This document shows, piece after piece, positions 47,825 to 62,579 of a DNA stretch of 64,000 nucleotides. Every line of letters begins with the position of its first letter. Within the stretch, counting starts at the first letter, position 1. Under the pieces are notes generated by a model that made no database searches, was not told the origin of the DNA, and saw only the letters and a program-made list of their open reading frames with translations. Made by a program: the position numbers and the translations under genes. The DNA is from Nemertoderma westbladi (lineage: Eukaryota; Animalia; Xenacoelomorpha), in NCBI GenBank assembly GCA_032718475.1, contig JAUCBJ010000065.1, forward strand, positions 15,264 through 79,263. The letters are read 5' to 3'.

Positions 47825-48833
47825 CTAAGGAAGACCAAACCCGAGGTTATTATATATGTCCTCAAGAAGTACTTCGCAAAATTTTTGAGTTTTCCCGTGC
47901 AAGTACCTATTATTAAGGGGAAAAGTTATGATGGTGGCGCACGTGTTCACTGTAAGGCGTCGATTAGGTGAATCCGCTTGACAGAAGCGCAATTCTCCCT
48001 GGAAGTTTGGAAATCTGGAGCCGCTTCCGAATTGGAGAACATCTCCCAAATTCAGTACCTTGGTTTCTTCGGTTCCATCTATTGGAACATAGCTAGAACT
48101 CATTTCTTCCTTCTCTACTTTCTTGAGGAATTGATTAAATTTGAAAACAATTTCAGCGGCTTTCTGGCGTTCACAACTGGTCAACGAATCAAACTTGGGA
48201 GTAAAGCATTCCTTTACCTCAATATATGTGACAGGTCGATGAGAAAGCGAGGCTATGGCCTCTTCTGGGAATGACTTCATTAAATCAAACATACGAATCT
48301 TTATCAGAAGGAAAGTCTAAGTCTTCTAAAGCTTTGTTAAAGTTTGTGTCACCAAATATTTTCGTAACGACTGTGTCTATAGCATTACTCATGTTATCGT
48401 CCATTGGGAGAGACAATTTAATGGCATTCGACTCTCCAAGTGGTTTTCGAATCAATACCGATTCTGAAGCCTGCGAAACTTTCAGTTTGATAATGACGAC
48501 GTTTGTTGATCGTGGTGGACGCCCAGCAGCAGCAGCCGAAACACTGACAGTTTGTCTACCTCTGGTACGTTTCATGTTATTCTGATTGCAGTTTGATTGA
48601 TTGTTATTGCAGTTTGACGTAAGTGCTGTAGTATTTTCATTTAAAGTCTGGTTTGGGCCTATTGGTAAAGTCTGAACGTCAGCTTCGACTCCCTCATCCT
48701 CATCCTCACCCATGTCTACATCATTGCCATTTATCGCATTCAGTCGATTGCCTATTTGTTGCCGCAAGTCAGCCAACAATAACCGCCTACGTCTAAAGTC
48801 ACGGTTTCGAGCGCTTGATGTTCTATCCGACAT
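47825..48833 (-). pseudogene. Second IS3EU gene: basic/low-complexity N-terminus plus G2E3-like HECT E3 ligase C-terminal part, frameshifted or internally deleted near 48290
   Basis: LGDVLQFGSGS, RLTVNTCATIITFP (catalytic Cys position), terminal NNLGFGLP. Confidence 0.65.
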
Positions 48834-50887
48834 ATCATTTCAATAGGCCTAGACCGGTATTAATTTTAAGAATAATAAAGTACAGTACCTGAGTACCAGT
48901 ACTGAGTTTAAAATTGAGGCGATGACCGGGCCGGCACATGGTCTGGAAAATAATTATCACCCGGGTGATAATATTTATCACCCGGGTGATAATATTTATC
49001 ACCCGGGTGATAATATTTATCACCCGGGTGATAATATTTATCACCCGGGTGATATTATTTATCACCCGGGTGATAATATTTATCACCCGGGTGATAATAT
49101 TTATCACCCGGGTGATATTATTTATCACCCGGGTGATATTATTTATCACCCGGGTGATATTATTTATCACCCGGGTGATATTATTTATCACCCGGGTGAT
49201 ATTATTTATCACCCGGGTGATATTATTATCACCCAGAAAAAGAAAAAATCCTAATCTAATTGGCCCAAATCAGCCACCGTAGATCTTTGCCAATTTATTT
49301 ATTTTTTTATTTTTTTTTTGCAGAAGTTATCATGAAATATCATCAAAAAATATTAATTTATGAAAGTTTGAATTTCCCGGTTCCTTAAACTTTAAGACTT
49401 AAAACAGTAATTTTATATTAGCAATTTAAGTAATGTTTGAGTTTAAAATAAAATATGAACAGGGTTGCCAAAAATATGACAATGGTTGTCACTCTATTTC
49501 AGTTTCAATTATCCCAGACTTTTAAATAAAATTTCATAACAAAAAATTTTAAAAACATTTTCTTTTATGACACATTTCCTGTATATCACATTCCCAGACT
49601 TTTCTCCTAATTTATCTAATTTTTTCTAGAATTCCCCGACATTTTCCAGAAAAAAGAAATTCACCGACTATTCTAGGTATTACAGGTGAATAGCAACCCT
49701 GATGACTTACCGTTAGGACTTGTCTCCTTCGAATTTTGATGTTCAGTTTCATTAGATAATATTATTAATTATAATGTTAATATGACGATATTAATTACAG
49801 CTGTAAAACCGCAGTATGGGCTCGATTCTTGTTTTTGTAACGACATATTTATACTGAAAACTATATTCATTATCAACCCGTTGCTATGGTAACAACAATT
49901 ATAACACATACCATTCGAAAGCCCACGTTCTCGATATAGAAGGGGTAAGTGTAGTTCCCATGATATGAGGTGCATTCGTTTTTGCAATGAAACAAAGAAC
50001 AACCCGATGCTATGGTATCACGAATTCCTAATATTGACCATTATTCTCCAGTGCAAAAAAATTAATTAATTGGCAAAGATCAACAACCGTACCTATCTAG
50101 CCAGCTTTTAATAACAAATTTTTTGGCGAGTATTTTAGCATTTATAAACGGATTTGGTGTCACGACCTATATTAGACTCCTGTGTGGCCGGCGTATGCCA
50201 TTATTGTGTTATGTTACAATAAAAAGTTACAGTTGCTACGCAACTGTTGTATACAGTACTTACACCAATTAATTGTAAGTTAATCAAATCTATCATCATT
50301 CAGGCAATTCTGCCATAACTGCATAGGAGTACCGGTACGCAAACCTGTCAGTATGTTCGGATGCAGTTAGTACTAATACCGCGGTACTAAACTCCAAGAA
50401 AGGGAGTCTATAGTCATCTAAGTAGGCCTATTTAAAATGCCCAGTTATGTAGAGAGTATAAAGTAGGCCCGTAGATCATTAGTAGGTGCTGGACTAGGCG
50501 GAGGTTTAATCGTTTATCTGTTTATATCGGTATTTTTCAACCGATACATGGATGAAGGAGGTAAACGTCTTGGTAATGGTAGTTGTAGTTTTTGTACCGC
50601 AGAAAAAGTAATCACTTCAGGTCAGGGTGTGGTATTTATTAACTCATATCATATATATAAACCCTGTTTCCAGATATCAGGTGTAGTATGGGTAGGCCTA
50701 CCGGTACGGTATATTGTCTGATTATATAATAGAAAAGAATAGGCTATAATTGTAGACTATAATACGACGATAGATATAAACATATTACAGTGTCGGTACC
50801 TTTAGTAGCTCTGACGGACACGACACCAGATAATATAGTTTTCTACTTTTGTTTTGGTTTAAGTTTCTTCGTGAATATCCTAACGTA

Positions 50888-53800
50888 ATGGCGGCTGTAA
50901 AATACTACCTTGAGAAGCACAGCATCGGGAGTTTATTCGAGGATATGATGGACAAACTGGTGCACGATATGCCAGACGAGCCGCATATATTCCTGATGAA
51001 ATTACTTCAGCGTAAACACGAGCGCCTGCTGATGGGAAGCAAACAGTCTAGGAGATCAGTTCAACCCACAACCAGCGGTGTGTAGATTTATCCTTTATAA
51101 CTGTTGCGGTAGGCGTACGGTACTTATGTAGGAAGTAGGATTAGGTTGGCTTGCAAAAGTCGTCCGCGAGATTTTGCTCTATCGTGTTTGAGAAACCCTC
51201 CACTGCAGAACTAGGTTATCGTGATGTAGATAAAGCAGTATGTAGATAAACCATAAACGTATTTCATGGCTTCATGAGGCTCTAATCTAATAAATTTTGT
51301 TGAATTTCGTAATTATTTTAATAAGTCATTGGACCGAAGGAACAATAGCAATCCACAATATTTTCTGTTTACAGTTTCCAATTTTGCTGGAGTAAAATTT
51401 TATCGTTTTATTAATTATTGTTGTTCCACACACACACAGTACAAATTCATACCTGATATCCATAAGTTCTAACTAGGCCCTAGGCTTAGCTCTTTGTCTT
51501 TATATTTCTATATGTAGTATTTATTTCTATGTTTAGATGAGATTGCCAACGCCCGTATGTATGATAAACCATGGTTGAGTAACGCCAAGGTTACCAAGGG
51601 AACGGACCATGTACGGAAGCCAATCAAAGCAAAACCAGTGAAATCCAAGGATACTGGAACATGGGATCCAACAGTCAAGGTAATATTTAGACTATGTGTC
51701 AGGAATACCTGATGCCACACCTTAACCTAATAAATTGATACTAATCATGTTGCTTATTAAAAGGTTATATAATTATATTTTAACGTGGCTCCATGTGTGT
51801 ATATAGTCTCTGAGGTATTCAATTCGTTTCCGTGGTCTATCTGGAAGAGTTCGTCTGAGGGTCAATCCCACCCATTCCCATTTATAGCTAATTCAACCTT
51901 TTCTTATTTTTCAGTTTTCATGTCATTGGCGCAAAACCGGCTCTAAGGAGAGTGAAGACCCCGTTGCAAGAAATAAGATTACATGACATTCCTATCCTAT
52001 CATCATGGCCCATTATCCTTAAACAGTTTTTATTACTTTTATCCCCCGTGCAAGTACTGGTGATTTGGCTATGTGTTCGTTTTATAGATCTATATATTTG
52101 ACCTCATTTAGATTTATGTTTTCTTAATGCCGTTTTAGGTTGTTGCTAGGGATTTTGATGACCTGTTTGACCAGGCAGTTTCTAAGGATACCAAACCCAA
52201 ACATGCAAAGTCCGCATCTTCCAAATATACAGGTAACTGGTTCCAATTGTGAATTTTAAGCAACATTTAGTGCTGAAAGTATTAATTAACATGTTATGGG
52301 GCCTTCGCGCAGCACGAGAGACTAATATCTAACTACTGTGTATCGTTCTACGTGGAATGAACTTACCGTGAGTTAGCGAAGCAAATCACCTTGGACACAT
52401 GTTGGACTCGAAGTGTTCACTCAAGTTAGATGTAACACGTAAACGTGGGCAATTTGTTGGAAAACTGAATGCCCTTAGACAATAATACAACTTTTCGTGT
52501 CCATATGTTCTTTGCGAACTGCAGCGGATTTACTGCACTTCCTTTTACGGGAGACATATATATTATATAGTCGACGACGATATAATTCCATTTAGGCACC
52601 CTATGTTGATGATTTATTCTAAATATTTAAATTTTGTCAATCAATGAGTTACAACTATCGTCAAAATCATATTTGCGATTCTTACCATTTTTATTAACAT
52701 TTTTCAATTGTCGCACCCGGTAGTGATTTCTTCGGTCTGAAATATGCTGATGTGCCTGACTGTAATATTTGGAAATGTATTTTATCGAAAGTATTAATAG
52801 CATGAAGGGTGGTGTCGTTTTGCAGGGATTTACTGACTTCGAGATTACTACAATGCTTAATTTTATCGTTACTGATTAATTTAGTAATAATCTCGAATAT
52901 ATTTATTTTTAACAATTATTTTAAGTATTTTCAAGTTTTGCTATTAATTAATAAAAATTTCTCAAGTACAGAATTTTAATATTAGGTACCGGTACTAGTC
53001 TTGTGTACTATTGTGTTGTTATAACTCAATATGTATAATTTCAATAATAATAATATCTATAAGAAATAGACTCGGCGACTGCTAATTTTATTTACAATAT
53101 AATAATTTATTGTATTGTATAGCTAATTTGTATTATAAACTGTTTTATAAGGATCGCTTACTTCGTTTCTAGCCCCATATTGTAGTGTTTGAACGGGTTC
53201 CAGATCCCGAAAAATCGGGATCCCGGTCCCAATCCCTGTCCCGATCCCGACGTTTTTGGAACGGGATCCCGAAGTATAAACATTGGAGTAAATTGTTTGA
53301 ATATCCGATGAAAAGTGGTACCAGGACAAAAATGTATTGGTTATAGCCGAAAATCACGAAAAGTCTTATCCCCTTTAAACACTGCCATATTGTATAAGAC
53401 AAATAATTCATTCAGCTTCACAATAAGACGAATGATTATCTGCCAGTGTATTGCTATCCTAGGTGATACTGGGAGTTTGTACCACGGGGGTGTGACTGTG
53501 GGTAAGTGGGAGATACCAGTGGAGGCGGACCTGTCTGAAGAGGCTCTTAGGGCAGAGTTACAACCAACGAGAAAATTTGAAGTCGACGACGACTCTCTAA
53601 AGGAAACATCTGTGGACAAAAGGTAAATAGTCCGACACAGCGGCACCGGTACACCCTTACAGCGCCCGTACAGTAAAACTGGAATAAAAAATATGTCATT
53701 CGCCAACACTAAGTACTTATTGTAATCAAGCAGTTTCTTGTCCACATAAAATAGACCAGGACACTGGCAATTCTACTTTGTATGTTTAACAGGCCGAGAG

Positions 53801-56800
53801 GACGTAAATCAGAACTTCGATCTCAGGAACACAAGTGCAACCTCAGTAAACTCATCACCGTCACCGACTCATCTTTCGATTCGGGTTTGTTATCTAGTAA
53901 TTATAACTATTTATTTAGTTGTCTGTAAAGTAGCACTACACTGCGTGCTGATCCGTATTAGTTGAGTGAGTGCAAAGTACTTTTCAACAAATGTATGTAA
54001 TCTTATTTGAAAAAATCTCCTTTTTCTCACTAATATTTTACTTTCCTTCACCAATTTTTTATGAAGAATGTTTCGGATGGGACATTTAGCATGACAATTT
54101 GTTGCACAGATAAAGCTAAATTCAAGGCCTAAAAATAGATAAATTAATTAATTCTTATTTTTTTCACTTTAAAACGTAAACTGGACATATACCACGTAAT
54201 ATTGAAGAGATAATCTTTAAGCATAATGTTCGTAAATTATAAGTACTATAACGTGTAGTATATTTTTCACAAATGTTGTGGATGGGACATATTTTAATAT
54301 TAGTTTGACTTCAAAAGGTCAGGTTTTTTCAGAAGCATTTTCGTAGCTCATAGGTGGGAATATTATTGTCGAATAAAATGATCCATTACTCTTACATCTA
54401 TGATGGTTAGTATGAGAAATAAAGGCCATGGAATAGGCAAATGTCGGGTCCGCAACGCGGTACAGATTTGATGAGAATCACCCATTTCAGGGAATTATTC
54501 ATTTATATAATATAATTACTTAACAACTTATAATTTAATTTGTTACGTGTTATTTAGGCATTGTTAAAGATGACGATGAAGTTGATTCAGCTACTGAACT
54601 CCTGGAAGACGTTGAAGAACTGCGCAACGAAGGAATTAAAACAACGGCTAAACCATCGGGTCACAAAACCAGTCGGCGAGGTAAACCGGATCCTTTACAA
54701 TCCACTCAGGTAAGTTCTACGTAAATCGGAGTGATATAAACAACTGTTTATTATTGTGAATAAAGTGGGATTTTATCTCACGCCGGTGGGCGAATATATG
54801 AAAAGTTAAATATTGAAACGAGGGGCGAAGTGAAATATACGTTATTTATCAGCATTGTGATGTAGTATTTTTGTTTAATTTCTGTAGCCCCCCCCCCCCC
54901 CCCCCTGGTATTGAGTGGTTACATTGAATTCACACTCAGGAGGTCGTGAGTTTGATCCACATATGGTATATCAACCTGTTGGGGTTCGAACAGGTTTCAA
55001 ACTTACGGTTATCATCAGCCGAGTGTGTGTGTCCTAAGCTACCATAGTTGTGCTTGTACTTTCCTTTGAGTGATTAGTTAAAGGCCAAAATATGATATCT
55101 CACTCCATAGCGAATGAAATTCATCATCAGTCCTGGTAGCACTGTTGTCTTAGGACACACCGTTTGAAACCTATGTACCGGGTTCGAGTCCCAATAGGGT
55201 CGGTTGATATTTTTCGCTATGGAGAGCATTATCATATTGTTCTATTACATTATTTATATTTAATTCACCGTCACTCATCTCACCACAATTCATTAATTAT
55301 TATGATCCCCGTATGGGGGTCAGGGCAGTTTTCGTTTCGGCATGAATGCTTTAAATGGACTAGCCAGGGCGCACATCTGCCTTGCATCCTTAAATGGTAG
55401 CTAAATGAGTACCGGAGTTGTCTCTGGGGAGTATAGTTATGGGGGGACCGCACTGGAAATAAGTCATCAGACCTGCCGTAACGGCCGAAGATAACTTTAC
55501 ATTACCTTTTTTAACTTAACTGCATTACTTGAAAATTTAAATTAGTTCTATTGAGGACAAAGTATTGAGATAAATTAGATGTTTGCTCCTTCCCGTATCG
55601 CTTGTTATGTTTTCCTGTACAACGGCTCAATAAACTACAGTAGCTTATATGCTAACAAGTAAGAGCTAGCACTCATTCTACTACAACAGTATATCTATGG
55701 GAATAATAATGTAGGCAATACGTAGCTATGACATTCAATTTTACATAAATTGTATTGTAATGTAACCTAGTGTGTGTAGAGTAGTGCACCTGGCCCTCCA
55801 CTCTAACACAAGGACACTTCTACCTACTACTGTAGTAGTAGAGTTTCTTGTTGTCCTCCTCTGACATTCTCTTCTCTAGGTGAAGGTATCCGTGTGCTCG
55901 AGATGCGCTAGAATTATCGACAATCCGCCGCACTCGTCGGCTTGGCAACGAGATAGCAGTCCGGAGCAGACGGCCCGGTTGGACTCCGTCTCTAGCGGCA
56001 CATACAGAGTCGGCCATGGCCAGCCAGGTTACCAATCCAGTTAGTATCTGTGCCAATAAGTATTGGCTTATACCCGCGCGGTGTAAAATTGAACCTTTTA
56101 GTGTATCGTACCATATTTGTTGGAGGTAACTTTTAACTTCGTTACCAGTCTCAGATCATTCTTATTTTATTAGTTATTTATTGATTGGTTATATCTTGTT
56201 GCCTAGGTGAGACTGACGAGGACTGGACCTTGTCTACACCTTCACAACAATCGCCACCAACAGGGAGGTCTAGCGATAGGTACCGGGACCAACCCAGTTA
56301 TAAAGACAACAGACATAGTTCGCGTTAGTTATTATATCAGGAAACCTAACTATATTTAGTAAACATAATGACGTAATGTACTCAATACTGTCTCCTGTCT
56401 GCGTATAAAGACAAAAATACCATACAGTATATTATATAAACTGTTTTTTTTTTAATTTTTAACTGTTCTGATGTACCGCTTTTACGTACCGCTTTATTGG
56501 CAAGAAATTTTTAAAAAAAAATACGTTTTTTTGGTCGATTTTGTGCAGCATAATTTAATGGAGATTTAAATTTTGAAAGTTATTACTTCTCAATTTGCTT
56601 AGTTTAGAACATGTGAGGTTTAATCAAGAAACCGACCTACGCGCTACGGTTACAAAAAATATTTATGGTTTTTTTTATAGATTCAAATACACATTTCTGA
56701 ATCGAACACTGAAAACAGATCAAGTCTAATAAAGTGTAGTCGAGATATTGAGTTTTGAAAAAAATTATCTTATGACCAAATATTAACAAAGTTTTAAGAA

Positions 56801-58144
56801 AAAGTAGCATTCTTGTGAATGTGCCATCCAGAGATTTGGTGTCCTCAGCAGTTAGAGCCCAGCATAGACTCCCATAAAGGAGTACTGGAACCACTGCTGC
56901 TCTAAATAATCGGACCTTAAGTTTCCGATTAATTCTCGTTGACTTCCAAATCCTGGAAAGCCTATTCAAGGCTGCCCTGCCCATGCCTTTCCCTTACGTA
57001 TTCGAAGGATCGTAATGATCCAGGATCCATGATCCCAGGTAACAGAAGTCGTCCACATGCTCAAGCATACCATCTTTTGAGCTTATGCTCATCCGATCAG
57101 AGACTTGCTGAGAACTTTCAAGGTTAACTATCAAATTTTGGTCTTTCTGGAGTTAATAAAAAGACCAACACTAGAAGCAGCATGTTCTAATGAGCTGAGG
57201 AGCCGTTGGGCTCCCTCTAGTGATTCTGAGAGTACTCCTAAGTCATCAGCAAAGTCTAGATCAGTTAGGTACTTGGCAGGATTTCCTCGACTTCTGGAGC
57301 CAGTAGGTGGAGTTATCATCACCCCATCATCATTATGATGATCTAAGGACATGCGTAGAACATAGTCAACCACAATTATGAACAAGAATAGCGCCTCTAG
57401 GGTACTTCCCATAACACTTCGAATGGTTCTGTGTCACCGTCAACAGTAGACACAAATGTTGTCGAACCATCGTATACTGATCTGATTGCTGCCATAATTT
57501 CATCAGGAATCCCATATAATGAAAGTATGCTGAACATACGTGAGCGAGAGACTGAATCAAAGGCCTTGAAGAAGTCAACAAAGATAATAGCCAGATGCCT
57601 GTCTTTCTTTTTTAATAACTCTTCATCTTCAATTACCGGTATTCTTCTAAGCTTTATGACGGATTCTGATTCATTGTTGTTGTTCAGGATAAAACAGTAA
57701 AGATTATTACTGTAGTTTGTCTTACTCAGTGCAGGCCAAATCCATATATTAAACCACAAAAGGAATATTAGTAATATTATTATACTATGAAATTCAGGAC
57801 ACTAGCGCTGGTTTTTCTTTTCAATATTAGTTTAACAAAATCCGGTCATTAGATGATTGATTCCAATTAAATTATCGTTCTCTGTTTCGGTTAAAAAACA
57901 AATATAGTTGGAAAGGCTTATATATAACTATTTTTTATTATAACTAACCCATTTTAGCTTAGCAATGTGCAATACTGTCTGTTTATCAAGCTGTTTGTCT
58001 ATTGACTGTCTTCTTATAGCCAGCTTGCTGGCTTTCTAGTTCTAATAAACTATTTTCATTTCTATTTTTAGCATTGCGCACGACATTAACGGGCAGCCAA
58101 TGGCAGAGGGTATCGGATTCAGACTAACGCCATCTACCGAATAA
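50888..58144 (+). CDS. C8orf34: C8orf34 (VEST-1)-like protein with N-terminal RIIa-type dimerisation/docking domain; exons 50888-51077, 51537-51679, 52139-52232, 53463-53622, 53793-53884, 54558-54709, 55880-56027 (or 56039), 56207-56279, 58072-58144
   Basis: Phase-consistent GT-AG exons; motifs YLEKHSIGSLFEDMM, YDKPWLSNAK, RDFDDL, VGKW, ATELLEDVEELRNEG and VSVCSRCAR are colinear with recalled vertebrate C8orf34; AATAAA near 58313. Confidence 0.85.
55128..55512 (+). mobile_element. tRNA-derived SINE in intron 6 of the C8orf34-like gene
   Basis: B-box ggttcgagtccc near 55181; central gccttgcatcctt...taaatgagtacc resembling conserved SINE core domains; (ctttac)-like tail; second copy at 13.4 kb. 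Confidence 0.55.
56805..57605 (-). mobile_element. Decayed RTE-like LINE RT fragment in intron 8
   Basis: FVDFFKAFDSV, LFIIVVDY, DLDFADD, GLFINSRKTK, VLLYGSLCW across broken frames. Confidence 0.85.
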
Positions 58145-58420
58145 TCTAGCGATCTAATTGGGACTTCATTTGTTTATTATTATTGTTATTAGTATAAGTT
58201 TAATATTATTTGTTTTTATGTGAATTTAAAGTGATTGTTTAATTAAATATCGTCTTGATTGAAAACCCTTAGCAATTAATTATATTACCGAGGTTTTGTC
58301 TCTTTTATTAGTAATAAACTATAAATAGAGACACTGAAAGCAAGGGGGCTGGGGCAATTATTATTGGGGGGAAATTGAGAGAGAAAACCTAACTATCCCA
58401 CGGAGAGTAGGTTATTTGCT

Positions 58421-59052
58421 ATACAGGGATGAGGGATGCATACGAAACGAAAACAAAACGAAGCATATTTGGCAATAACGAAACGAAAAAATAACAACGA
58501 AAAATGTTAAACGAAACGAAATAAAAATACATGCAAATAACGAAACGAAAAAATAACATAACGAAAAATGTTAAACGAAACGAACGAAATAAATATACAT
58601 GCAAATAACGAAACGAAAAAATAACATAACGAAAAATGTTAAACGAAACGAACGAAATAAATATACATGCAAATAACGAAACGAAATAATACATTTTTCG
58701 TTTCGTTAAATTAAAAAGTAAAAAAATCGTTACGATGTAAATTTTTTAATATATTAAAATAATGGAAAAATTATAAATAATAATAATAATGATATTCTCC
58801 TTAGATGTTGTAATGTAAACAGAGTAAATTATTTCCTTCAATACAGTAACCTTTGTTGCCAACCAGGTCCCGTTACCATTGCAATGCAACAGCCTAGGGC
58901 GGACTATAACAGTAAAAACTGTAATTTAAAATCTTTGAAACGAAACGACTATTTTATTGATTGATAAAGAACGAAACGAAACGAAATTTTTTTAAAACAA
59001 ACCAAATTGAAATTTCTTTCGTTTCGTTTCGTTTTGCTATTCCTGGCTACTG
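58421..59052. repeat. (AACGA)-rich repeat element, probably a MITE
   Basis: aacgaaacga arrays at 58440-58690, inverted ttcgtttcgttt near 59020. Confidence 0.45.
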
Positions 59053-59057
59053 TATAT

Positions 59058-60743
59058 GGCACGTTCCACGGTAAAGTACGTGACTGTCAGAGACCAATTT
59101 TTACATTCTTTTGCAAATTACATATATACAACAGTCTTCATAGAGCATCAACTTGTGATATTCTGAGAGACAAAGTATTCTGCTACACGTTTAGTATAGA
59201 AGCTAAACTTCTTAGTGTAGATGGCATTAGTAATCATCAACCAAACGCAGGTAAAGTACGTGACGCGCAGAAATTTTAAAATATATTTTTTTTAATGTAA
59301 GTCCAAAATCCAGCGAATTGAGCACCTTGAGGTAATAAATGAGTCCACAGCAGCCAAGAGGTAATATTGCTGTTTCCAAAACAGCCTTTATTGACATTTC
59401 AAACCTAACGCTATTCAGAGAATTTGATGTAAAACAAAGTAAAGTACGTGACATGGCCAAGTAAAGTACCTGACCCATGCGATTTCATTCAAATATCCAT
59501 AATCTATTTCACCCCGCTTCCATGCGGCAATATATTTTTACAACACAATTTGGTAACGAAATTAACTAGAAACAGATTCTATTCATATTTTTAAAGACCG
59601 GGTGATTGAAAATAATAATCAAATTTTGATTAACTAATATTAGGGGTAGGCCTACGGTTATTATAGTCCGTGTTTCGCTATTACACACACTGGTGAGATC
59701 ATGTATTGTCTTTTTTATTGTGCAGTAGTCGCAGTTCGTATAGCGTGATGGGGGATTGCTTATTCTTGATGATGTTGCTACGGCCCTAGCTGTATCTGTG
59801 TCGAGGTTACCGCTACGCGCTATGGTACTGGCACGTTTCTAATTAATTAGAACCACTAAGTCTGGGGGAAAATGTTGCTGTCATCTCATTAACCATTGGC
59901 CATGCACGCGTTAGCAATTATTGATAATATTTAATTGGTTGTCTCTGGGGAAACAATAGTTCATAACAAATGGACTTATATCACCCCACCCTGATCTGGT
60001 AGACATATGTTATATCGTTTTGCAGGCTTCAGTTGCAGGTGGATAGAGTTGTCATCCAATAGACGCCGAGCTCCAGGTGGCCTGATGGGCAGGATTCACA
60101 GTGTGTGATGCGCTGGCACTGCTTAAGTGGTCAGTTATAGTCCATACAACTGTCACCTACTTTTCGAAAAAATATTTTTATGTCACGTACTTTACGAAAA
60201 AATATTTTTATGTCACGTACTTTACCATTGTAAATGTGTCAAAAGCACAGAATTTTCGAGAAATGTTCAACGCAAAACATGTAAATATACTTTAATATTG
60301 TAGATTCCACTTTTAGTTCCCTTGGAGCTAAATTTGACTTTATAAAATAAAATAATACATATTTTTGGTAAAGTACGTGACATTCAAATTGCCTCATGCA
60401 AAAATCAAAAGTATTAGTCAGTCAACTCGTTTTAGATCATGAACAACGTGGCATTGCATTCCCAAAATGTATATATTCCATCTGAAAAGACTGAAAATAG
60501 CAAAACTGTATTGCATTGTATCAAATTTTCAAAAAACAAAATGTCTCTAATTTTGAAAAAAAAAATGAAATTTTAACGCACCAGCTACCAGAGCAATTTA
60601 CGATACTTAAATTTATAAATTTGAGATTCATAGTTTCAGATTCGTATTCTGCGATAAATTTAGATCTAGTAAAAGTTCACAAAAGCCAACAATACCTAAC
60701 TTTTAGAAATGAGCCCTTGGTTGACGTTATCGTGGAACGTGCC
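59058..60743. mobile_element. Non-autonomous DNA transposon with short TIRs and repeated gtaaagtacgtgac motifs
   Basis: atat|ggcacgttccacg ... cgtggaacgtgcc|atat; internal motif present in both orientations. Confidence 0.7.
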
Positions 60744-62579
60744 ATATATACCTTAATAATAATAATAATACTGATGACGCAATACCTTGAAATACTATTT
60801 TTGGCAGCATTACTAATGAGTATTATTTACTTTACACAATACCACGGATCGGTTTATAGTTACTACGTGGCCAATTCCCGATTAATTCTTAATAAAAGAG
60901 TTTCGTATATTACATTTCTCAGTTCACTGAACTACTTACTGTACAGTATTACCTATAAACGCTAAAATTCCTTAGGCTACAACACTTAACAACCATATTA
61001 AATATATACAGTAGATATAAAACCTTTTTATCTGCAATGCCAAATTGATATTTTGGCATCGTTAAATGTTAAAGTGATTCCCATAAATGGCCCATTGTGT
61101 TACCATAGAATCAGTAAATTATTGGTAATCAATTGATTTGTACGCAAAGATATTGTATGAGAATAAAGCCAATAAAATATTCTTAGAAACCAGAGTACCT
61201 ATCTATAATAACACAGGATGTTACTGTAATTTTTAATCTCCCTTCTGCTTTGTGTCATATATAAAGTAGAGTATCCTAGTAAAGTAAGACTACTTCTGGT
61301 AGGGCTACTTTAGTTTGAATTTGTTAGAATTTGTTAGAAATACGAATTAAATGATATTGTTAATTATTCCTACGATTTTACTGTGTATTGTTAGTTGTAA
61401 ATTACATATTTGTAAGGCATGAAGTTACCGTTACTGGTAATTTTGTTGCACATTGATTTTCTATTCAATATATTGTCTTACTGTAGTGCACTGTACTATT
61501 AATTATTGGTAGCGATTCTCTAACCGAAACAGTAAACTGAATTTATGAACACTAGATTTAGGACATTAGGTCATGTGGTGTCATACTGTCATCATGGTAT
61601 GGGTGAGATATGCAGTGACATTTAATTCTAACCAAAATAATAAACGCGGAGGGTCAATTTGCTCGTAATTAGCTGTAAAGAGAAATACATCTACCGTACA
61701 GTATTACGCATAGGACAGTAGGAGCACGGGGGGGGGGGGGGGGGGGGAACTGGACGCAATAAAAATGCATCCCTCTCCAGGGGAAATGAGACGCAAATAA
61801 CAGCTGATTACTCTCAAAAATAAAACTGTAACCTGTTTGTTCTATTGTGTTTAGTTTATTGTTTCGGTTAAAATAACGTGCCACTGTAACCTGCTCCTTT
61901 CCCTAAAGTGACAATTTAACATTGAGGCGGGATATTAATTCGCCAAGATAGGATTTGCGTCCTCCCCCCCCCCCCCCCCCCCCCCCTCCCTCCCTCTTCC
62001 TCATTGTCTTAATGACGCAAGACCTAACGACTGAACGTCGAACGACCTCTCGCAGGTCCTAACGACCATAAAGCACCTGATGACGCGTCGTTGTCATTGG
62101 CAGGCGGAAGTATAACACCACCGTTTTATAAATCTGAACATACTGTTAGTACCTCTAGGCCTACACAGCGCTACAGCAGTACAGCAGCTAACTGGCACTG
62201 GCTGACTGGAGCGTGGAACATACCTGTCAGCCTGTTTCTGATGTCCTGCATCGTGCTCGTGCATGACCGGATGACTGCAAGGTAGGCCTACCGCTAGCTG
62301 AAATGCATACCCTGATACCAGTACCACGTACTGCTGTTGCTGTAGGCCTACTGATCAGCTGATGTAGGGTAGGCCTACCGTACGCGTACAGGTACAGCCG
62401 TAGGCACTTCTCAGCTTCTGCACTTCACTCTGTCACTACCCACTACAGCACTATGCTGCTACTGTGCTATGCTACAGCTGTACAGTACCGGTAATTATAG
62501 AAATACCGGGTGGCCTTGGCCTACCTCTTAGCAGCTTAGTGCTGCGCCGCCGCACTGGTGGCCAGTGGTACATTCTGAC

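Larger units (their letters stand above)
45715..49281. mobile_element. IS3EU-type DNA transposon with two convergent genes and palindromic 21-bp subterminal repeats
   Basis: TIR tacggtggctgatttgggccaattagattagg... / ...cctaatctaattggcccaaatcagccaccgta; 6-bp TSD gatctt (45709-45714, 49282-49287); (tatcacccgggtgata+5)n at 45763-45905 and 48955-49235. Confidence 0.85.
45699..50091. mobile_element. Older non-autonomous IS3EU-like element whose left TIR is split by the 45715-49281 insertion
   Basis: Rejoined left end tacggtggct-gatctt-tgccaatt matches the reverse complement of aattggcaaagatcaacaaccgta (50068-50091). Confidence 0.65.

Noticed and set aside
48835-49282. ORFs (ITRVINN)n and (YHPGDNI)n, also at 45714-45966
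   Set aside because: Artefacts of 21-bp palindromic subterminal transposon repeats
55128-55205. tRNA gene (similar signals near 22040 and 54910)
   Set aside because: Only a B-box-like motif with no full cloverleaf; interpreted as SINE heads
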